Positions 40,001-55,000 of a stretch of 64,000 bases of DNA are shown piece by piece. The number at the start of each line of letters is the position of its first letter. Positions within the stretch are counted from its first letter, which is position 1. A program made the translations under genes and the position numbers. The notes below the pieces were generated by a model, which was not told where the DNA came from, did not search any database, and worked only from the letters and a program-made list of their open reading frames with translations. This stretch comes from Antedon mediterranea (taxonomy: Eukaryota > Animalia > Echinodermata), in contig NC_092671.1 in NCBI RefSeq assembly GCF_964355755.1, forward strand, positions 23,820,070 through 23,884,069, given 5' to 3'.

Positions 40001-43000
40001 ACAGTGAATACCACGATCGGAAAACACCCCTATCTGGGGCAAATCGTTGAACCTAAATTCGTTTTAATCGTCAATAACTAATTATCTAACTTAATTTAAT
40101 TAGTAAACAGGGTTACATCAGGTGGTTAAAATCAGTACCGAAAGTATGAACCAACTTTACATACCATCGAGTAAAAATTCTAAAAGTAAGGCGCGATTTA
40201 CCGAATTTTGCCCTTACGTAAATTTATATATAGATATATTTGGTACAAATAGAATGATACATCAAAAAAGAGTAAGTAGTAGTTACCCTACCATTATTGA
40301 ACAATTTGAAAAAGCTCTAAATATCTTACCATTATGACAACCATCTCCAGTGAAAGATGGACGGCATGGCCCACATTCATATCCACCTGCAGTGTTAGTG
40401 CAGCCAGTAGTGCCAGCACCACACACAGTGGCACCAGAATCACCTGAAGCACATTCATCAACATCTTTTGAAGAACAAACAAAAAGTAGTCACAAGAGTG
40501 ATAAATAATAGATGGACACCATCTTATTACTAAAAGTACATTCCTACTTATAATATTTTGAAATGACCCTTATCTGTTGAAGCTGTCTACCAACATAAAC
40601 ATCATACCAGGGAGTTGTTATTAACAACTCCCTGATCATACTAAAGGATTGCTATCTTTACTGAACTTACAAATGGAGAATTTGTCTGGACCTCAGAGTG
40701 TACCAAAATAGTTATGTTATTTACCTTCACAGTAGGTTCCATTTCCAACATAACCAGTTGGGCATTCACAAATAAATCCACGCGCTGTATCAATACAATT
40801 TGCTCCCTCTGCACAATTATCCAAATTTTCAGAGCATTCATTAACAACTGTAAAAATCAAAACAAGTGACAATTTATATTTTAATTTTATTTTGAAGATA
40901 CAAAATCCATACAGTAACATTTTATTATAAGATTGAAAACATTGATTGAAATATTTATTGAAATTGATGTAAACAGTTACATTATTATATAATATTATTA
41001 TGCAGTACCTCATTGGAATCTAACACAACATAGTCTAGCGGTATGGGGTCATGGAAGTATGGAGAATAAATAAATAAATTTATTGTAGAATTACATCTTA
41101 ATACCAATTAGGAAATTTAGTAATGTAATTAGTAATACGCTTATTATCTCATTTATATCATGAAAATATAGAAATATAATTTTAAATAATTTTGATAAAT
41201 AAGATGTTAGTTATGTTATTATACTGTAATTTTTATCCTCAATTATATAATTATATACTCTAGGTTTATCTTAATTTTTTTAGTAATGTGTTTTGTTTGT
41301 GGGTCCCTGCGAGACAAGTTTTAACTTCTAGAAGGGATCCATGATAATATTGACTTACAATTACTGCTTTATCTAAGTTCACTTTAATATCTTTTTTCTA
41401 TTTTGTATATGTTCATTCATTATTATCTGAATAAATGTTATCTGAATCTGAATTAACAAGAATATAAAAGAATATTGTTCAAGTAACAAATGCAAATTCT
41501 AACAACAACAAAGATATACATACCATTGCAGTTGTTACCATTGCCTGAGAATCCAGGGTAACAGACACATGAAACAGAGCCATCTTCACTTTCTAAACAT
41601 TCTGCATTCTCATCGCAAGTTCCTTCACAAGGGTCAACACCTATTCATTAAAATCATTAAGAGACTCATTCAATTACAACCTTCTACATAATTCCTGTTT
41701 CAGTAATTTTCCCCCAAAAAACATGAATCTTGTTCTTCCATTTTGTAGTTTTAATAAAATTAAATGTTTTCATTTATAAAAAGATATAATAAATGGTTAA
41801 ATTCAACCAACAAGCTGGCAGACTATTTCCCTCTTAAATTCACAGTTTATTATGTGACATTAAAATGGCATATTCAACAAAATAAAATTTAAAAAAAACA
41901 AAAAAAAAACAAAAAATTAAAAACATAAAAACAACATTTTTTTCCAGGGGGACAATACATCTTTAACATTTAATTAATTACAAGAAACATTAAAAGGGCA
42001 AATAATTAAATAAAGACATCCAAATGTAAATTATTGTCATGGACAACCTGTAGCACATCTAGAAGGGGTGCATCCTATGCACATATCTCTATAATCTAAA
42101 TCGCATCATCCCACCACTATGCTATATATTATCTGGATCTCCATAGAAATTCATAATAATAATAATATAATAATAATTAAACAAAAAAACTCATCAGGGC
42201 TAAAAAATATAAGTATAGATAGTAAAAAAATAAATAATGCAAAATTGATGGAATACAAGTGATTACAATACAAGGGCTCATGCGACCATGGTGTGTGTAC
42301 TATCAGAATCAGTGAGCAATTCCTTTACTGTTACTTTTTGCTTTACTTTTGATATATTCTTTATGTTTACGAACTTTTAAAATAAGTGCTGTGAAATAAA
42401 TTTCAAAGAATAAAGTAGCTTTATATTTGACAATATGAGTTGACACTATGAATGATGATATCTTTGTTTTTCTAGAAAGCTATAATGATTTCTAAACACT
42501 AACTCAAATTTATTTTTTATATAACAAAATGAGTCAATGTTCTTTTACAATAAAGAATAAGTAAATTAATTATAACAAACAGGTTATTATTTCTATAGAA
42601 ATAAATCTAAAATATTCTTTCATTCAAGGGAATGTGGGAAACGCAAATGTAATCAACAACCAAAGTCAAATAATAGAAAGTAAATACAATTAAGGAAAGG
42701 AAAAAAGGCCACTGGTTAAACATACCCCCATTGTCAACGTCAGTGTTGCCTGAAATAACAAAATATTTGCTAGGAATTGTAATTTAACTTGATTAAATAT
42801 AATATTATTATGAAATAATTGTACAAATATTAATATAATAATATAAAAAAACAGTATAAATTAAATTGAAAAAAAAAAAACACAAAAAAATGAAATTATC
42901 AGTAGTGTGTTCAATTTCAATTTATTTCCAAAATATAACATGATAATACACAATGACATAATATTAAACTAGTTTGTTAATACATAAAATTGCATAAAAA

Positions 43001-46000
43001 TACAATTTCAAAAATTGATAATTCTTCAGAAAGAATTGATTTTATAACATGAATTATAACATATATTGGTTTGAACTTTTAAAACTTACGGTAGCATTGA
43101 TATCCATTTCCAACATAGCCCTCAATACATTGACATGTATAAAATATTCCATGATCAATGCAGGTAGCATGCGGAGAGCATTCATTTGTTGAAGAATCAG
43201 CACATTCATCAATATCTAAAAAACAAACAAAATTTATATTTCCAATTTTTTTTTTCATTACCAAATAACCTATACAATAAAAAGTAGCGCTTCCAACTGT
43301 CCATTTATGACTAACTTAACTTAAAGCTCAGATACAGGCATGAATTTTAAATATAATACCTGGTTAATTGTACATGAATCAAATATTTGTAACAAAAATC
43401 AAGACGAAAAACATGAATTTCCCTTAATATGGTCAAATACAACATTTGGAAAAATTCTGCTATAAAAACCAGTACTTTTTTCAGTAGTTAGGTAGTTTAA
43501 CCTAATGTAATAACATGTCTGGCGACTCCCTAGAAGGTGAAAAAAGATGGTGGATATACAGTGGATAATTTTTGCTATAGCATGAAAATAAAAATCTGAA
43601 GTTGAATAAAAATACCAGAAACGTAAAATTCAAGTTATTTTACATATATTTAGTCATCTGATAACATTTTTTTACCACACTGTTTATTTTTCATAGCTTT
43701 TTAAAATGCCTCTCTATTATTATTAACAAAATTTGTGTACAAAAGAATAGAGATTTTACTGTGTAATTTGAACTGATAAGAAAGTGCTTATTTTCAACAA
43801 GCTCATGTAACACAAATAAAATCCCCAACATTATGAAACATAGGGGAAACTATAGATCGATAATTATTGGAATGTATGATCAATAGAAATTTTTTGCCCG
43901 CACCTGGCCTTTAAGTATTTTGTTAAAAAACATGCATTTGGAAATCAATCTCCTTATAAAACCAATCATGTGTTTGTAAGTTGTTTAGTTTAACCAGTAC
44001 TTTTGTAGAAATTACAAAGTTAATAAAGTTATTTCATAGTTGAATACTGTATGATTAATTTGTATGAATAGCAAGAACAGCATTTTGATGTGTATGGATT
44101 TCATGTGCATTATTTATATGCGTACACGATTAAAAAATGATCTAAACATACTTTCACATCCATTTCCAAGATCTTGGAATCCCGGTCTACATTCACATCT
44201 ATATCCAAGAGGTTCATTAATGCATCGCATGTTCTCACCACATTCAGCAGTATCTGGCATGATACACTCATTCAAGTCTATAAATATAATTATAAAGTAT
44301 TAATGGTTCTCATCTGCTAGCGTTACATTAATGAGTTCTACATTTTTAATACCGTTTCTGTAATGACAAAACATTATCAATACAAATTTAGATGTAATAT
44401 ATGTGTTTCAATAGCAAATCTTGTTTGTTTTCTAATGGACACTAAATATAATAATTAAATATGATGGAAATATAAAAAACTGTTTTATCCCTTTCTTAAG
44501 TTACTCAAAATGGTGTTAATGTGTTAATATATTTAGGTAAAAACAGAACCAACCAAATCAAATTTGTATTGGTAATAAAAGTATAGAGAATATTGTTACC
44601 ATAGCAATGCACACCCGTGCCATATGAACCTGTTTGGCATTCACACAAATAAGAACCATCTTGATTGATACAATCTGCTAATTCATGACAATTTGTATCT
44701 TCAGTTGCACATTCATCCATTTCTAAGTATTAACACACACACATTAACAACACATTCATTTAATTAAATATGTAAAAAATATAATCATGAAAAAGAATGA
44801 ATCATAAAAATCTATGAAAACTAAATCTTATCTGAAAATTGTCTTTATACATTCTTTATTCTCATACTGTTCTATAAATTATGCAGTGTGTTAAAACCGA
44901 ATATGTTATAGCTGCAATACCTTGACATGTGCTATTGTCGACAGAGATGTATCCAGTTTTACAAACACATTCTTTTGATCCTGGTGTATTTATACATTCT
45001 TCAAATTCATTACATGGGAATAAGTTTGCAGGTACTGCACATTCATCATTATCTACAGAATACATGAAATAAATCCTTAAATTGTTTGAAAAATATTATA
45101 ATCTGACTTCTGTTTCCACCATGCAACATTTTACAAACACATTATTTAAATTCAATTATTGTTATGATAGAAGAATTGACCAAAATTGAAACACTGATTG
45201 TAACAACCAAAACTGCAATATCTCTGGAAGTAAACATGGTATCAAGATAATGTTTTTAATATTTTAAATCTTAGATTATGTAGTTTCAGTATTTGTAAAA
45301 TTTTGAAAATTCCAACTTATGTCTGATTTCGATTGAGTGTGCCACATATTTTAACAGGTATTTAATTTTCCAAAAAATGTGTTTATGCTATAAAATTTAT
45401 GTAAATAGAATAATATTAGTAGAAATGAGTTGAATTATGATGTTGAAGAATCATGTTTGTTTGTATTTAGTTGAAAAATAAACTATGGATAAAAAAAGTT
45501 ATGTTGAGAGTTAATAATGAAAAAGAGATGAACACAAAAAGAAAACATGTATACATGATTAAAAACAATTGATAAAACATATATGTCAATGGAATTGTTT
45601 TTGATACAAGTATAAGAAAATTTATATGAAAAAAATAGTGGATAATTAAAAACAAAATGTGTTTATTATGAAATTGTTAATAAGAAAGTATATTAATGTA
45701 TATGAGATATATGAAAATAAAAGTGGGATGAACCCACGTAAGACAAAAAAAAAATACCTGTACAGCTTTCATATCCATCACCTGTGAAACCTTCCATACA
45801 GGAACATGTGTAGGAGCCATCTTCATCTTGACAAACAGCATTTTCTGCACAGGTATGTCCAAATGGATCATCACATTCATTATTATCTTTAAAAAAAAAT
45901 GTTTCTATTACAAGTAATGTACCTTTTAGTGTGTTGGCCAAGTTTGGTTGTAGACAAAAATAAAATAATTTGGTTGACGTGAATAAAAATAATGAAAGAT

Positions 46001-49000
46001 GAGGGGGTATCAATTTGATCTCTGTTGCGCATGCGTACAACTGAGGACTAGTGCTATTCCGCCGTACCACGCCGAGAATGTTAAAGAGTCGCTATCCAAT
46101 CGAGTTTGAACAATAGTATGAAAGCCCCAGTGGTCTAATGGTTAGGGCAACTGCATATCAAGCAGATGGTCCGAGTTCGAATCTCGGTTGGGGCGACTTT
46201 TTCTCATTCTCACAGATTTCCTCATCTTTATCGTTTCAAATTAATTAATTAAATTTCAGTATATCACCGGGCGGTTTAGAATTAATGTTCTTTGCCTGCT
46301 GTGTTTATATATATATATATATATATAAACCTCAGTTCAAATTGGGAAGTCATCTTTAGGAAAAGTAGGGGGTTATCACAGTGTACTGTCCATTTCCAGC
46401 TCCTGTCCATTCACCTAATCTGGATTTCTTTATTGAGAAACTGTATATCACCATCTTTTAATTCTAATATGAAAAAATCCAATTATCCACTAGTGTAAAT
46501 TTTTATGCTTTTACTTACTTTCACATATTTCACCATCACCAGAATATCCTTGGTTACATATACAGGTATAAACACCAAATGGATTACGTACACATGCAGC
46601 ATTTTCACCACATCCACCTTCAATTAGGCAGCCTTGATTGGCTACAAATACAACACAAAATGTCAAACATTACATTTGTAGTTCTAAGTGATTAGTTGCT
46701 AGATTACATTATTGTTTCAAAAAATATATTCAGTATTTCTAATGATACTATTTAGTTAACCCAGCTACATCACTAATTTCACATCTCTCTTATGGAAAAT
46801 TAACTCCTAACATCAACCTAGATTCAATCATTCTATGATCACAATAACAATTCTTACGATCACAAGCAAGTCCATTTTCTGAGAGATGGTAGCCAGGATA
46901 GCATTGACACTGGTAACTTCCTTGTGTGTTAATACATACTGCTGTTTCAGGGCACAAATTAGACTTTAAGTCACATTCATTTAAGTCTAAAAAAATAAAA
47001 TTAATGAAGAATGCAATGTTATTTTCATATAAAATGTTTTTTGTTTAAACCTATGTATTACAACTTCATAATGGTTTAAAATGTTATTAATCTACAAAAA
47101 CTATTTACCTTCACATAAAATCCCATTACCAGTGTAGCCTAGTTTACAGACACAAGAATGATCACCATCAAAATTATAGCACAGTGCATGTTCATGGCAG
47201 GTATTGAGACGAGTATCATCACATTCATCAATGTCTATGCACTCATTTCCGCTACCTTCATAACCATTCTCACATTGACAGCTATAACTGCCTGGTGAAT
47301 TCATACATAATGAATTATCCGTGCAGTTTCCATTGCCAATGTCCATACATTCATCAATATCTAAAATAATAAAAATTTAAACAATTATTTGTAGTAATAA
47401 CTAGAGGGTACTCCGAGAGTACAAACCTACTGTAAAATTCCCCTACATAAAATGTCCCTGAATATTTTTTTTTTACATTTTTAACTGCACACTACAAAGT
47501 TGTGGATGACAGTATGGTGTAATGGTTATGTATCCAGCCTCTCACAGTTGAGATCGCTGGTTCAAGTCCCACTAAGGGTTTTTTTTAAATTATTTTTTTA
47601 TTTTTTTGTGGACCTTGATCTTTGACCCTGACCCTTCAAAATTTAACCACAATTATATGTGTCATTGATCATTGTGGCTAAGTTGAGAATTGGTTAAAAA
47701 CTGTCGTCTCTAGGCAGTAAAATAGTTTTTTGTTAGTTGTGAACTTGACCTTCGACCTTTTCCCCTCAAATTCGAACTTGTCCGAGCTTTTTGGGCATAG
47801 ATCATTGTGGCCATATGTGGCCGGATTCGGATGAAAACTGTGGCCTCCAGGCTGTTCACAGACAAACACACACCCAAACATACAGGAGTGAAAACATAAC
47901 CTCCTTGGCGGAGGTAATTAAGAAATACTAAAAGGTTTATTTGTAAACTGTATGATTGTCTAAGGGTACATAATCTTACCACTGCAGTGTTCAAAACCAT
48001 TGCCAGCATATCCAGATGAACATCTGCATGTATAGCCACCTTCAACATTTATACACTCTGCATATCGGTGACACTCTATGTCTTGCTCAATACATTCATT
48101 AATATCTGACATAAATTATGTAAAATATTGTACAATTAAAAGTCATGTAGTCATTTTCACAGAATGGTATTGTAAATGTTGATCAAATAAAATACATAAT
48201 TACTGGTCATATAGAACATTTACTAGCTTCACTGTGCCTTATAATACATATTAAAAAAACAAGCAAATTTTCATAGCATTAACTAAAAACAAAACTCATT
48301 TTAAATCTAATACCTATAAATAAAATATGTTATTCAGGCTCACACGATCATGTGATATAATCATAATGGCTTGCCTCACTGTCTTTGGACTTGATGTTAT
48401 GTCATATATTAGCTTCAGAAAATAAAACAACCTTACCAGAACAGAAAGCACCATCTCCAACTAAACCTTCTTCACAAACACATTGGTAGCTTCCCTGAGT
48501 ATTGGTGCAGTTAGCTCTTTCATCACAATCATGGGCACCAGTTCCACATTCATCTAAGTCTGTAAAGTACAAGTACCATGTAAATGAGCATTTCACAAAT
48601 TTTCATTTAGCAGGCTACAAAATATTTGTTTCCCTGTTTAGAGTATATATACAATAACTTAACATCATCTATGATAGTATATAAATCATATCTAAATAGC
48701 ACAGAATTAAAGAAATAATACTGCACTGTTGTACATTCCCTTTTGTTGCTTTTATTATTTTGTGTCATACTTCTACCCTGTTCACATATATCTTATAATG
48801 ATCCATGGTCATTCCTTCTGACAACCAGATCATTAAAAAGGGTAGTCCATACATTATGCCAATAAGGCCACCAAAAGATTTCAACTGTTGGATACAAATT
48901 ACCGCGATCCATAAATAACCCCCCTCCTCCCCCCGGGGGTTGAATTTACTAAAAATATTGTATTTTGTGGCATGAAAATGGGTTGCGCATGACAACAAGA

Positions 49001-52000
49001 AACTTTTTTTTTTAAACTTGACCTAACTTGGCATTTGTTGTGTTTAACATTTTGGATCAAATTATTGGCATGTGCCACACATCTCTGACCACAATTCGTT
49101 AACATCAAACACAATTCATCACCTTGAGACATCATTGTCTGTTGTAAGCTACATATTGTTTTAAAATAAAAGCACATTTTGTTCAATTTCTCAAGCTGCC
49201 TTGCTGCCCTTCAAAAATGTTTACAGAGCATCGGTTTAAATCACTTACATTAAGGTTTCAATTATTTGTTTAATTAAGTTATAATGAAGAGAGACGAGTA
49301 TATTCCTACCTATGCATATTCTTGATTCGTCTTGATAATATCCATCATGACATCTACAACTGGCAGTTTCCCCTACAGCAACACAAAGACCGTTTGAGCC
49401 ACAGATGTCCTGTTCACCACTGCACTCAGTCTCAACTGCATAAACATAAAAACGTTTTATTTTATAGTAACCATAAAGAAATATGTGTAAATCATGGCAT
49501 TTGTATCAACTGTATATGAAAACATACATTATTATGCATTCCTAATTCAATTAGTATGATCTTTTAGAATATAAAAAATGTTTTAATGCTTTCTTTAATT
49601 GTTAATAATGTAGTATACACCATATTTATCTGTATAGAATAATTTGTATCCAAGATATGTTAAAGAGTCAATGTTCTGTCACAATTTTTTAAAACCCATA
49701 CATACACAAATCAGTTTCTGATTGTCTTTGCAATTAAAACAAATATTAAATTAGAATAAAACTGGAAATACATTGATGATTCTGGTACAGAATTTCAAAA
49801 GCAAACAAACTTTACCAGCACAAGTAAATCCATCACCAATATAACCACCTCTACATGTACAAGTGTATGAACCAACAGTATTAGTACATTCTGCATTGAC
49901 ATCACAATCATCTGTGTCTCGTTGACATTCATTTATATCTACAATATAAAACAAAATCATTAAAATGCTGATTAAATTTTGGTGAGGCTGAATTGATAAT
50001 TCATTTTAGATTTTAAAGACTATTGTGAAAGAATACAAATACCAATCATATGGTAACATTCAATAAGGCAATATAATTTTAGATATAAATAGTTTTATGC
50101 ATTGTGCAATTAGATGAACTCCGATGGTCTATTTTTAATGATTTTTACAGACCTTTACATCGCATTCCATTGCCCTCATAACCCGTCTCACAAACGCAGG
50201 TAAAGCTTCCAGCCTGGTTCTGACAATATGCCCGTCTATGGCATGGACGTTGCAAACATTCATTTTCATCTACATAATAAAAGATAATTTTTCAAGTAAT
50301 AGAACAATGCAATTAATGCAAATGTATAAATATTAAAAGTAAGGAAATTGAGGTGAAGGAAAAGTCATTCTAACTGTGACTTGAAATCAAACGGTCTACT
50401 TGATATATATTATATAATTCTAAAAAAACGATTTAACATAAATATATTGAAATGTTTTACCTTCACAAAAAGTTCCATTGCCTTCAAATCCATGTCTGCA
50501 ATAACAACTTTCAACACCATTTTCCTCAACACAGATTGACTCTTCATGACAATATTCTGGTCGTTCACTGCAAGTGTCTTCCTCTGAAAACATTTAACAA
50601 TTTTGATTTCACATTATAATGTAATTTATGCATTTATAAGCTTTCTCGTCTTCTAACCTGTCAGTCCTCAATCATTTAGCATAAAACCATATTTCTTCAC
50701 TATCAAAGATATAATTAAAGTTTAAAGAGTGCAGAATAAAGACATTTTGTCCCACCTACCAAACTTAGTGCAAGATCTTTAAGATCTAATAGTACTGAAA
50801 AGCTTACAGAGGTCTGCTATATCTTTTATACTGTTAAACTGCTCAATAATGATGTTTAATGTATTTTTCACACGTGAAATCTGTATTTTAGTTTCCATGA
50901 TAACTTTCTTACATGTTTGATATAATACATAGCTTCATTCGTTTTTAGCTAGTATCTTTAATTTATGTTTTATACCGAAAAAAAGAAGTATTATCCATGT
51001 AAAGCTAAACTAAGACTAGACTTGCCTGTGCAGTTGTATCCATTACCATTGGCACCATCAACACAAGAGCATTCATATGTACCAGGGTAATTAGTACACT
51101 GACCCAAGTGAGAATGACAATTGTCTATTCCCCATGAACACTCATCTACATCTAAAGAAATTAAAAAATAAAATTATCGTTTAATTGTATCTATAATTAT
51201 TTTAGAATGTACAAAATATTATCAAATATTTATGTGGCACATATATAATCTTACCAACACAAACACCAGAGACTAATTTGACAAAACCATCCATGCATGG
51301 ACAACGGTAGCTTCCTCTTGTGTTTTTGCATACAGCATTTTCTGTGCAATTTGCAATACCAGTTTCACACTCATTTGTATCTAAAATTATTGTAAAAATA
51401 TTCAAATTATTATTTAGTAACAAATTGAATTAATTTTATAAATGAATAAAATGTGTAAATATTTAACATTGAATTAGTCTAGCATGTCTTCTATGATTCT
51501 TTGCTATTGGAATTCTATATCTTTTACATTTTATTTTATGTTTATTCAGAAATTGTCAACATAAAAACAAAATTAGATTAGATACTAAACATTTGCTCAA
51601 AAGTGTGAGAGTGATGACATACCATTGCAGAAGGCGATTCCATCACCAACATATCCTGCAATGCATTGACAGGTGTAGTTTAGACCATCTTCTGTTATGC
51701 ATTCTACATGCGGACTAACAAGGCAATCATTTTGACCCGAGGTACATGGGTCTGACACTGGGAAAAAATAAAAAATATAATTGTTTTTTTTAATAAATGT
51801 TTAATTTTATATATATCATGAATTTTATCTCTTATGAAACTGATATGTAATTTGATGTCACAATAGCCCTTTTCTCAAAGGCTGATGCCGGCATAGATAT
51901 CTCCTACATCGTTACTGTCTTATATCTATTCAAATAGGACTATTGTGGCAGGACTATAACCAGTAGATCGACTTTCAGTCATGAGAAAGGATCTAGGTAT

Positions 52001-55000
52001 ATCTGACCAATAAAAGTGCCTGTCAAACTATAGGCCTACTATTTGTTTAGGGCTTCATGTATTGTTTATGTTTACAGTATTCCTAGCAATTATGGCGGCA
52101 AATAATTCATTTCTAGAGATTTCTATCCATCCTATTTTGTCATTTTTTCAACAGAAAGTTTTAAAACAATGGAAGCATGCGATTTTGTCCATGCATTAAT
52201 ATAATCTGCATATCTTTTCCCCGCCCCATAATTATTTTCAACAATGTTCTCGTGTCAAATTAGTCTGAGCAATTCCCCATTTTTTGCTCATTCTCTGAAA
52301 ACAATTCGCAGAGAAAAAACACATTGTATACATTTTCTTGACTGCCAAGATGTAAAAACAGACATCGGGATGTAGCGGCTTTCCTTCTCACATTGCAAGG
52401 AATAAGGTCTGGTTGATGCCGGCACGGTGCAGGCTCTACCCGTTCTAATTGATAACCAAACCGGTATGGTAATATAATATTCCCCATATATTCTCTGCAC
52501 ACAGGGTGAGAAAAGGGCTAATGTGACAATGTGTTTTTCTGTAAAGAGCCTCAGCTGTATTGCTGTATTATAGTGCATCATTTAGAGCAACCCAAGGGAA
52601 ATAAAGTTGAATAAATACATAAAAGAAATTTCTTTCTACTTTGTATAGTGATGACCTAATAACCCTTACATTTTGAAATGACATCACATAAAAAAAACTT
52701 ATCTATAAATGTTAATGTTGTATACATTTATTATAAATGCTATTTTGATTACATACAGATACATGTTTGGTATCCATCTCCAATATAACCTGGTGGACAT
52801 GCACAAAAGAAACTTCCCATTGTGTTGTTACACTCAGCTTCTGGATGGCAATGTCCAATCTCACATTCATTGATATCTATTTGAGGAAAATAGTGTTTAT
52901 TTTGATAAAGCATTCAACCAAAATCAAAAAAAAAAAAAAAAGAGTATATAATATATATCTTCATTAAAGCAGACATTGTCATACAAGAATGTTTTTGATA
53001 AGAAGCTGTATAATCAGGCCCTTAGAAATGTATGATACAAACACAATAAAGATAAAAAGAAATCAGTCTGACAGCCCATGGATTAAGGAATAGAAAGATA
53101 TTCATCGACGGTGACTTCAAACGATTTTCCAACGCGCTTGCCTATACTAAGACACTGCTGCCAATCAAACAAACACGCTCATTGAACTTCCCGTCTCTAA
53201 CCGCGGCCCTCTATAGAACGATGCGAATCAACTATTACATTTTTTTAGAACAAAACGTAGCCATGTAGAAATCGTATGCGCAGTCTGATTGTTCTATTGA
53301 CATGTCTGCGTCGATGATTAATTGACAATAACAATAATTTTAATTTCAACATAACCGGACTACGAAAAGTTCACTTTCTTACGACCGTTAGTATATGCAA
53401 TATTATTCATGCCACCAAGGTTATAAAGGTTGTTGTGCATGTGCAGTAAATAATATATTAGGCACACTGTGTTTATTTTGTAATGTTGTGGGCTGTCCAC
53501 GCTCTGTTGGTTAGATTCACGGAAGCTTTGATCTCAAACTGATGAATATCCTTCTATTCCTTAAACCATGGACAGCCCAGTTCAAAAATCTGTCAAAGTA
53601 CTGTTTTGATCTGTTCTGATCACAGAAAATAAATGTTTAATGCTTACCCTCACAGTAAGATCCATCACCCTCATATCCCTCACGGCATGTGCACAGATGA
53701 CTTCCATCAGTGTTAAGGCATTTAGCATGACTATCACATTGATGAGTACCAGAAACACATTCATCAATCTCTGCAAGAGAACATACTTAATAACTATAAC
53801 TTATTCAACATTGATTCTAACAAGAATCCAAAAATATGAATGGTAAAAGCAATATAGACAATAAACCACACAGTCAAGTTCATTTTGTATACAAGTTTTT
53901 CTCTGGTAAAGAAACTTTAAAAAAATAGTAAATTTTTAAATAGTTGCTCTTTTTACACACTTATCTGTAAGAATGTAATGGTTTGTTGTATTCAGGCATG
54001 TATCAAACAGCTTCTGTCTATAAGGCACAATTCTTGATCTGACAAATCATTAAAAGATACCAAAGTGGAGAGATATTAACAAATTTAGGGCAGAAAAACA
54101 TTTATATACAGTAATAAATGATTCACTAACCTGTACATGAGCGAAGTCCATCACCAGAATATCCCTCTCTACACTGACATCTGAAAGATCCAGGTGTGTT
54201 GACACACTCACTGTTCATTGTACACTGAGCAATTCCATTAGTACATTCATTGGTGTCTATGTAAAGGAAGATTGCAGATTCAATAGAATTGTTATATTTT
54301 ATTCAAATTAAAATTATTATTTACAATTTTGGTTTCTCAAATTTCATAATTCTGAAGAATCATTTTTGTTATTATTAGATTATGTTAACTTTACCTTCAC
54401 ATGTAACTCCATCCCCATTGAATCCTATTAGACATGTACATTCATAAGATCCATGTATATTGTGACAATTTGCATTAGAGCTACAGTTGTTCCCGCCTCG
54501 TAATAAACATTCATTTGTATCTGCACAAAATAATAAAAGTTGTAAAAGTTTGACCTATGAAATAATAAAATAAGGAGGTAGACTACTTTAGTACAGAATG
54601 GCATATTTTAGTATTTAGTGAGGTACTTTCCCCATGATACATTAACATTATTATTTAACTTTTTCTGACGTTGAAAGTGTACAAACATTGCTAAAAATAT
54701 TTGTACATAGGATGAATTAGGGAAAGTCCACAGTGCAACACCGATCAAAATCATTGTATAAAAACCAACAAAAAGGGTACATTAACTCCATTGGAAAATA
54801 TCGAAAACATTATCTGGAAAATGTGTACACATATTTTTGCATGGCAGAATTTAGGGTATGCCTACTTACCATGACATTCACGCCCATTACCAGAGAAGCC
54901 TTCAGGACACGCACAAGTAAAAGATCCAACAGTGTTCTCACAGAGAGCAATTGCTGAACATTCATGTAAACCTGTACTGCATTCATCAATATCTTGAAAA

